A stretch of 64,000 bases of DNA from a bacterium (GTDB taxonomy: Bacteria > UBA8248), in assembly GCA_963692865.2 (NCBI GenBank), contig OY843592.1, positions 3,424,001 to 3,488,000 of the forward strand, written 5' to 3'. The notes below the pieces were generated by a model. That model was not told the origin of the DNA. It made no database searches and was given only the letters and a program-made list of their open reading frames with translations. Position 1 is the stretch's first letter, and each line of letters starts with the position of its first letter. Of the stretch, positions 57,758-64,000 are shown in pieces. Position numbers and translations under genes: made by a program.

Positions 57758-59169
57758 CCGTACCGATAAACCTTTCATTTTCAGGTGATCAGCATGAGCA
57801 TCTTAGAAGCTTCCTGTTTCCGGGCGACGGAAAGGAAGCCGTTGCTCTTCTCTTATGTGGCCGCCGCGCGGGTGATCGACGTGAGCGCCTCGTCGTCCGA
57901 GAGGTCCATGACATACCCTATGATTTATGCTCTGAACGCACTGCCACGCTCGTAACTTGGCCACCTGATTATATTGCGCCGCTACTCGATCGGGCGGCCG
58001 ATAAAGGCTTTTCAGTAATCAAAGTGCACAGTCACCCGAGCGGTTACTCTGCATTTTCTGCGACCGATGATGAAAGCGATGCTCGTCTGCTGCCGATATT
58101 CCGGGGCTGGGTCGAAGCGGATATTGCGCATGGCAGCGCTGTTATGCTTCCCGACGGGAAAATGTTCGGGCGCGTACTTCGTTCTGGCACTTCACTGGAG
58201 CAGATCAGCTGTATCAGCGTCGCAGGCGATGATCTTCATTTCTGGTACGCAGACACGGATAATGTGGAAGCACCAAGCTTCGTCGCTTCTCATGCGCAGA
58301 TCTTCGGCGAGGGCACGATTGAGCGGCTGCAACGTTTGTCGATAGCAGTCATTGGTGCTTCGGGCACCGGCAGTCCAGTTATCGAGCAATTGATTCGGTT
58401 GGGCGTAGGGGAGCTCGTAATTGTCGACGACGACCACATGGAAGACCGTAATGTCAATCGTATTTTGAATTCTACTGTGAAGGATGCGGCAGAAAAACGA
58501 CTCAAGGTCGACGTTCAGACGGACGCGATTGAACGGGCAGGTCTGAAGACCCGGGTGATCCAGATAGACCGAAATCTCTGGAATCCCGATGTCATTCGTG
58601 CCGTAGCGCAATGCGACGTTCTGTTCGGATGCATGGACAGCATTGATGGGCGTTTTTTGTTGAACACTCTGGCTACGCATTACACTTTGCCATACTTCGA
58701 TATTGGAGTAAGACTCCAAGCAGTACCGTTCGGGCCGGACATGGGACGTATTCGCGAGGTTTGCGGCACGGTCAACTATCTACGTCCGGGGAGGTCGAGC
58801 TTAATAAGTCGAGGCCTCTTCACGATAAGCGAAGTGGCTGCCGCGGGCTTGCGGCGCAACGATCCAGATGCGCACGATCAACAGGTGAAGGACGGTTACA
58901 TCGCAGGAGTAGCCGTACAACGCCCCGCAGTGATCAGTGTCAATATGTTCGGCGCTTCTCTCGCGGTCAATGAGTTTCTGGCGCGGCTTCACCCGTTTCG
59001 GGAGGAACAAAATCACAACTACGCCGCTGTTACGTTCAGTCTCGCGAGTATGGAATTGATCCCGGACCCGGAGGAAGGCATCTGCGAGATCATGGCTAAG
59101 AATGTAGGAAGGGGTGACGTTAAGCCACTTCTCGGGTTGCTGGAGCTGGCGGAAAGGCATGGAGCGTGA
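57754..59169 (+). CDS. JAB peptidase - ThiF/E1 adenylyltransferase fusion (BubCD-like)
   Basis: E...HSHP...FS..D JAB motif; VIGASGTGS, DDD....NVNR, GCMD. Confidence 0.88.
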   Translation: MTVPINLSFSGDQHEHLRSFLFPGDGKEAVALLLCGRRAGDRRERLVVREVHDIPYDLCSERTATLVTWPPDYIAPLLDRAADKGFSVIKVHSHPSGYSAFSATDDESDARLLPIFRGWVEADIAHGSAVMLPDGKMFGRVLRSGTSLEQISCISVAGDDLHFWYADTDNVEAPSFVASHAQIFGEGTIERLQRLSIAVIGASGTGSPVIEQLIRLGVGELVIVDDDHMEDRNVNRILNSTVKDAAEKRLKVDVQTDAIERAGLKTRVIQIDRNLWNPDVIRAVAQCDVLFGCMDSIDGRFLLNTLATHYTLPYFDIGVRLQAVPFGPDMGRIREVCGTVNYLRPGRSSLISRGLFTISEVAAAGLRRNDPDAHDQQVKDGYIAGVAVQRPAVISVNMFGASLAVNEFLARLHPFREEQNHNYAAVTFSLASMELIPDPEEGICEIMAKNVGRGDVKPLLGLLELAERHGA

Positions 59170-59531
59170 CACGGCTGCGCTGCTTCGTCAGGCGAGTTTG
59201 GAAGTGGGCCGTGCATCGGTTCGTCCGCCCCTACCGAATGTTGGTTGTCGAAGAAACATTACCGGAGCGACTTGAGCGGCGCATCCTATACATAGTGCGT
59301 GAAGACGGGTTCAACGAGCAGGCTGCGTTGCTGTGTCCATGTGGTTGCGGTTCTATTCTCCACATTAACTTGCTACCCGATGAATACCCTTGCTGGCGTG
59401 TGACGCAGAATATCGATGGGACGGCGACACTCTACCCGTCGGTTTGGCGGAAAAAGGGCTGCGGCTCGCATTTTTGGCTCCGGAATGGTCACATCCAATG
59501 GTGTCAGGTAGCGAAACTATCTGCGCACTAA
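59166..59531 (+). CDS. DUF6527 family protein
   Basis: CPCGCG, TLYPSV, CGSHFWLRNG; GTGA overlap. Confidence 0.82.
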   Translation: MTRLRCFVRRVWKWAVHRFVRPYRMLVVEETLPERLERRILYIVREDGFNEQAALLCPCGCGSILHINLLPDEYPCWRVTQNIDGTATLYPSVWRKKGCGSHFWLRNGHIQWCQVAKLSAH

Positions 59532-60125
59532 TGGTGGTGCAGACAATCGTCAACTACTTTATACCCGAATAATTTCCCTTAACTTTACGATGGCCGATAT
59601 CTCCTACTCCTTGCTAGAGAGTGTAAGCGAATAGACCAGCATTCGTTCCGTAAGCAGGACCATGTGCACTCCGTCACAGGCGCGGACCGGAGCATTTGGG
59701 TAAAATTTACAGGTGTCTGAGCATGGTCACAATGAAGCCATTACGAGCTGAACTTTGGAGGATGCGTAAACGTTCATTCTGGCCGTGACAGATTAGGTCT
59801 CAGAACCAACCAGAGCCAAATTGACAGTGACCACTAGGAGAAGAAAGTCGATGTCGGTATGTCGTTCATCCACCCAGAGCACCTGAATATTCTGCCGAAT
59901 TAGATGGTGCCGAAAACATTAGGCCGGGCCAGTCACGTTTGGACAGACTCCGAACTACCACTGCTCGGCTGCTGTCATCACGGCTTGGATGAACGGATAC
60001 GAGGATGCTCCGACAAGTAAACGTTCGGCGACAGGGTGACGGCCTGCTTTTCTCATCCCGGATAATCGAGGAGATTCCCTTGCGGGGGCTGGTAACGAGA
60101 TTCGACATGTGCTAATCATGTCGGC

Positions 60126-62480
60126 ATGAAGATTTGCACGGAAGATGTTCAGGCGGAAGTTTCGTTGGTCGAGAGGCCGGATGACCCACGGCCTCATCCC
60201 CCCGGGTTGCCCGCAACCGCAGAGGCGTACTGGCGTTCGCTGTACGAGCGGGAGCGTGCGCGCGCGGAGGCTGCGGAGGCGCGCTGCGAGGAGTTGCGGT
60301 GGAAGGAAGCCGATTCCCGCTCCCGTGCGGGCAGGCTGAAGCGGCAGTACGACAAGTGCCGGAAGAAGCTCGAGGCGGCCGCCGGGGAGGCGAAGGAAGC
60401 CCGCCGCGCGGCGAAGGACGCGCTGTCGCTCAAGGCGGAAGTGGAGCGGCTGGAGAAGCTGCTCGCGGAAGCGGGGGTCGAGCCGCGCAAGCGCAGCCCG
60501 CTCATGTCGTTGCGCATGGAGGTCGTCCGGCTTCGCAAGGAGCTCTCGGGCGTGCCGTCGCCGGGAGAGGCGGAGCGGGTGCGCAAGGCCCTGGAGGAGC
60601 GCAGGGAGACGATTCGCGCCCTGCGCAAGGAGGCCGGCCGGCGGGAGAAGGAGATTGTCCGGCTGGAGGAAGGATTGGCCCGGGAGAAGCAGAAGTCGGC
60701 GGCTCACAAGGAGACCATCCGGGAACTGGACGAGGAGGCCATCGGGCTCTACAGGAAGTTGCGGCGATTGCGCGACCAGGCGGAGGTGGTCGAGTCGTTG
60801 TCCGCGGAGGTCTACCGTCTTAAAGTCTCCCTCGGTGCTGCGGACATCGCCAGGGAACGGCTGAAGGCGCGGCTGTTGCGCGCGATGGAGGCGGCGCGCT
60901 CGAGGCCGCCGTCGCGTGGGGACGAGGAACTGCGCAAGGCCCTGGGGAGGTCGCGTCGTCAGAAGACGGCGCTCAGGTCGCTGTCCCGGGAGAACGCCCG
61001 GCTGTCCAGAGCGCTCCGCAGGTCGGAGACCCGCCGGGCACGGCTGGAGGCCGAACTCGCGAAGCTTCGCGCCACCGGAGCGGCGCTGGCGAAGAGGCTG
61101 TTCGGGCGCAAGAGCGAGCGGCAGGAGAAGCCGCGCTCGGACCGCAGGCGCGGCGGGCAGCCCGGCGCCCGGGGCCACGGGCGGACTCCCCGGCCCGCGC
61201 TCGATGAGAAGACCGAAGTCCGCAACCCGCCGGCCGATGCGCGCGTCTGCCCCTGTTGCGGGCAGCCCTACGCGGCCAACGGCGCACGTGTATCGAGCAT
61301 TATCGAGATCGAGGTCTCGGCCCACAAGCGCGTCATCCACCGTCCGAGGTGGCGGCGGGGGTGCGAATGCGCATCGTCTCCCGCCGAAGTGTCGGCGCCG
61401 CCCGCGCCGCGCCTGTTCGCGGGTACGCCTTACGGGACGAGCGTGTGGGCGCTCTTCCTGTTCGAGCGCTACGCCTGCTTCCGTCCGCTGCGCCGGGTCG
61501 CCGCGTGGCTCTCCGACCAGGGGCTCCCGATCTCGGCGGGCACGCTGGGCGACAGCATGCACCGGTTCACGCCGCTGTTCGAGCCGCTGGCCGGGGCGAT
61601 CCTCTCCCGCCAGAACGAGGCGGCGCTGCGCCACGGGGACGAGACGACCTGGCGCATACAGTCGCTTCGCGAGCAGGGACGCTCGAGCCGCGCCTGGCTG
61701 TGGACGTCGGTCAGCACGGACTCCGTCTACTTCCACGTCGACCCCTCGCGGTCTGCTGAGGTCGCGATGAAGCTCTTCGGCGCGTCCGGCCGCCATACGG
61801 TCCTCGTCTGCGACCGCTACAGCGCCTACAAGAAGCTGGCGCGCGAACTCGACGGCGCCGTAATCCTGGCCTTCTGCTGGTCGCACCAAAGAAGAACCAT
61901 CATCGACTGCGCCGCCGGCGAGGAGCGGCTGACGCCGTGGGGCGAGAGATGGATCGGGCGGATTGCGAAGCTCTACCGCCTGAACGATGCGCGCCTGGCC
62001 CGTTACGACCCGGGCGCCGAACGACAGGGCGCGGCGTTCGACGCGGCGCAGACTGCGCTCGAGAAGGCGCTCGATAGCCTGTTCACGCAGGCCCAAAGTG
62101 AACTGGCCGCCTTGCCGGCGCAGGCGCCCGAGGGCAAGGCGCTTCGCTCGCTGCTGAACCACCGCGAGGGGCTGAGCGTCTTCCTCGAGCGCCCATGGGT
62201 GCCTATGGATAATAACCAATCGGAGAGATTGCTTCGGGGTCCCGTGATCGGCAGACGCCTCTCGTTCGGCTCCGACAGCGAGGCCGGCGCCCGGTTCACG
62301 GCGATGATGTACTCCGTCCTCGGTACGCTCTCGTTAAACGGCATCGACCCGCTCCGCTGGCTCGATGCATGGCTCACGGCCTGCGCGGAGGGCGGCGGCC
62401 GGGCGCCCGGTGACATCTCGTCCTGGCTGCCCTGGTCGATGAGTGAGGAGCGCAGGCGCGCCCTCAAGGCGCCGGGATGA
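60126..62480 (+). CDS. IS66 family DDE transposase with a long N-terminal coiled coil
   Basis: LFGRKSE, CPCCG zinc ribbon, HGDET, CDRYSAY, CWSH, DNNQSERLLR. Confidence 0.93.
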   Translation: MKICTEDVQAEVSLVERPDDPRPHPPGLPATAEAYWRSLYERERARAEAAEARCEELRWKEADSRSRAGRLKRQYDKCRKKLEAAAGEAKEARRAAKDALSLKAEVERLEKLLAEAGVEPRKRSPLMSLRMEVVRLRKELSGVPSPGEAERVRKALEERRETIRALRKEAGRREKEIVRLEEGLAREKQKSAAHKETIRELDEEAIGLYRKLRRLRDQAEVVESLSAEVYRLKVSLGAADIARERLKARLLRAMEAARSRPPSRGDEELRKALGRSRRQKTALRSLSRENARLSRALRRSETRRARLEAELAKLRATGAALAKRLFGRKSERQEKPRSDRRRGGQPGARGHGRTPRPALDEKTEVRNPPADARVCPCCGQPYAANGARVSSIIEIEVSAHKRVIHRPRWRRGCECASSPAEVSAPPAPRLFAGTPYGTSVWALFLFERYACFRPLRRVAAWLSDQGLPISAGTLGDSMHRFTPLFEPLAGAILSRQNEAALRHGDETTWRIQSLREQGRSSRAWLWTSVSTDSVYFHVDPSRSAEVAMKLFGASGRHTVLVCDRYSAYKKLARELDGAVILAFCWSHQRRTIIDCAAGEERLTPWGERWIGRIAKLYRLNDARLARYDPGAERQGAAFDAAQTALEKALDSLFTQAQSELAALPAQAPEGKALRSLLNHREGLSVFLERPWVPMDNNQSERLLRGPVIGRRLSFGSDSEAGARFTAMMYSVLGTLSLNGIDPLRWLDAWLTACAEGGGRAPGDISSWLPWSMSEERRRALKAPG

Positions 62481-62484
62481 CGCC

Positions 62485-63357
62485 GTGATCGAGTGCCGCT
62501 ACTACGGACGCGACTTCACGAGCGAAGAGATGGCGCTGCTGCGCGCGCTGATCGCAGGCCCCCCGGCGCTCAACCGCCACGCGCTCTCCAGGGAGTTCTG
62601 CCGGCGCATCGGCTGGTACAAGCCCGACGGCGGGCTCAAGGACATGATGGCGCGGGTGACCATGCTCGCCATGGACAAAGACGGCCGGATCACGCTACCC
62701 CCGCCGAAGTGGCGCCAGAACCGGCCCGGCCCGATCGTCTTCGGACCCGACACCGAGGCGCCCCTCATCCCGGCGCCCGGGACCCTCGACGAGGTACGCC
62801 CCCTCGATATGCGCATCGCCGTGCGCGGGACCCGCGAGGGCAGACTCTGGAACGAGTTCGTCGCCCGCTACCACTACCTCGGCTACAAGACCCTCGTCGG
62901 CGCCCAGATGCGCTACGCCGTCCTCGACCGCGGCGGCAGGCCCCTCGCCATGCTCGGCTTCTCCACCGCCGCGTGGAAGCTCGCCCCGCGCGACGCCTTC
63001 ATCGGATGGACGCCCGAATTGCGCGAGAAGAACCTCCCCCTCGTGGTCGACAACCCGAGGTTCCTCATCCTGCCGTGGATCAAGATCCCCAACCTCGGCT
63101 CCCACATCCTCGCCATCGTCCGAAGGCGCCTGCCCGGAGACTGGACCGAGCGCTACAACACGACCCCCGTGCTCATCGAGACCTTCGTCGAGACGCCCCG
63201 CTACACCGGCGCCGTATACCGGGCCTCGGGATGGATCCGCGTCGGAACCACACAGGGCCGTGGACGCTACGACAGGCACAAACGCTTCGACAAGCCCAGG
63301 AAGGACGTCTGGCTGAGACCGCTCCGCAACAACTGGAAGCACGTCCTCAACCGCTGA
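62485..63357 (+). CDS. DUF4338 domain protein (DruA-related)
   Basis: YHYLGY, RDAFIGW, RFLILPW, ETFV...Y.G..YRA.GW..VG.T.GRG. Confidence 0.85.
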   Translation: MIECRYYGRDFTSEEMALLRALIAGPPALNRHALSREFCRRIGWYKPDGGLKDMMARVTMLAMDKDGRITLPPPKWRQNRPGPIVFGPDTEAPLIPAPGTLDEVRPLDMRIAVRGTREGRLWNEFVARYHYLGYKTLVGAQMRYAVLDRGGRPLAMLGFSTAAWKLAPRDAFIGWTPELREKNLPLVVDNPRFLILPWIKIPNLGSHILAIVRRRLPGDWTERYNTTPVLIETFVETPRYTGAVYRASGWIRVGTTQGRGRYDRHKRFDKPRKDVWLRPLRNNWKHVLNR

Positions 63358-63549
63358 AACAACTCCCGTCACCCTGTCGCCGAACGTTTACCCCGACAAC
63401 TACTCCCCAGGGTACGCAGGCCTTGTAACGAATCCGCTTTCGGTTTGATTACGGGTTGTGAAGGGCGAATTCCATCAGAAACAGATATCTGCAATAATAT
63501 CAACAGGATAAATGGATTTTGCCGTTGCTGGATACGGCTTGAATAATCT

Positions 63550-63561
63550 AATTTATCGAAA
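63550..63561 (+). repeat. Candidate attR core (AATTTATCGAAA)
   Basis: Exact repeat of 4138-4149 in an AT-rich patch; IHF-like TATCAA nearby at about 63498. Confidence 0.5.
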
Positions 63562-63785
63562 AACCACGTGAATTTATCCGAATTTATACAATTTTTCAGG
63601 AATTCCCCTGGCCCCGAGCGGAGAGGGAGAGAGGGTGGTCGAGGAGTGAAAATTCCTCCCCCTCTCAATCCGAATCGCCTTTTCCATTTTCTTCCCTCCT
63701 CCCGCCGCCGGGAACGGCTTTTTCCCGCGCCGGAATTCTCGCCTATCCCGGCGAAGACGCGATAACCGCAAATGCGGGGAAATGC

Positions 63786-63983
63786 GCCCTTCGACGGGTT
63801 CAGGACGGACCCTTCGATACGCGGTTTCGCCGCTACTCGGGGTGAGGGAATTCCGATCATCGAATCGTTCACCGCAGGGACAGGCCCCCGCGCCTGTCCT
63901 GATGAAGCGCACCCCCTCGATACGGACGGCCGCGGAGGCCCCGCCGTTCCGTTGGGGTCGCCCCACGCATGTATGCGTCCCAT
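63786..63983. repeat. Cluster of REP-like short palindromes
   Basis: CCCTTCGACGGGTTCAGG, CCCTTCGATACGCGG...CTACTCGGGG, GGACAGGC-CCCCGC-GCCTGTCC, ACGCAT-GT-ATGCGT. Confidence 0.5.
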
Positions 63984-64000
63984 GATCGGAAGAAAGGCCG

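Larger units (their letters stand above)
60017..63391 (+). mobile_element. IS66-family element with a DUF4338 passenger gene
   Basis: Perfect 26-bp TIRs GTAAACGTTCGGCGACAGGGTGACGG (60017-60042 and 63366-63391); flanks TCCGACAA / CCCGACAA (7 of 8 match). Confidence 0.92.
4138..63561. mobile_element. Integrative conjugative element (tyrosine integrase, MOBF relaxase, F-type T4SS) with defence cargo
   Basis: Integrases at left end, F-type tra set, oriT, leading region and cargo; AATTTATCGAAA repeated at 4138-4149 and 63550-63561; host-type sequence on both sides. Exact ends are tentative. Confidence 0.8.

Noticed and set aside
56995-59531. CBASS or Pycsar type II (E1-E2/JAB ancillary genes)
   Set aside because: No CD-NTase or cyclase and no effector; a free Ubl is present and the domain order is JAB-E1 with a separate E2.
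46400-60000. CRISPR array or cas operon associated with the Cas4-like gene
   Set aside because: No regularly spaced repeats and no cas1, cas2 or effector genes seen; the nuclease is coupled to Argonaute instead.
62485-63357. Druantia defence system
   Set aside because: Only a DUF4338 gene is present, inside IS ends; no DruE helicase or other dru genes.

Overview
About 59 kb of this window (~4.1-63.6 kb) is an apparently complete integrative conjugative element in a GC-rich bacterial chromosome. Host genes lie to the left (RND efflux, alpha/beta hydrolase, MBL-fold hydrolase, VOC) and REP-like palindromes to the right. The element carries tandem tyrosine integrases (the second frameshifted), an HU/IHF gene, a MOBF relaxase, TraD, and an F-type transfer region. 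Its leading region (parB, GHKL ATPase, DUF2958, methylase/Strawberry-notch helicase, primase, ssb, DUF4326, DUF2493) contains large fold-back elements and ends at a recognisable MOBF nic site near 45,661. Beyond oriT is a lower-GC defence island: a DUF6602-like nuclease; a translationally coupled five-gene operon (CapH-like XRE repressor, Cas4-like Fe-S nuclease, long Argonaute with an intact DEDD tetrad but atypical MID pocket, 121-aa helical protein, HExxH metallopeptidase-like protein); AbiEi/AbiEii; and a CapH/CapP-type pair divergent from a Bub-like ubiquitination operon (Ubl, Ser-E2, JAB-E1, DUF6527). An IS66-family element with a DUF4338 passenger sits near the right end. The best candidate for an undescribed system is the Argonaute operon, possibly co-regulated with the ubiquitin-like operon through a shared peptidase. 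All calls come from motif recognition by eye; no searches were run.
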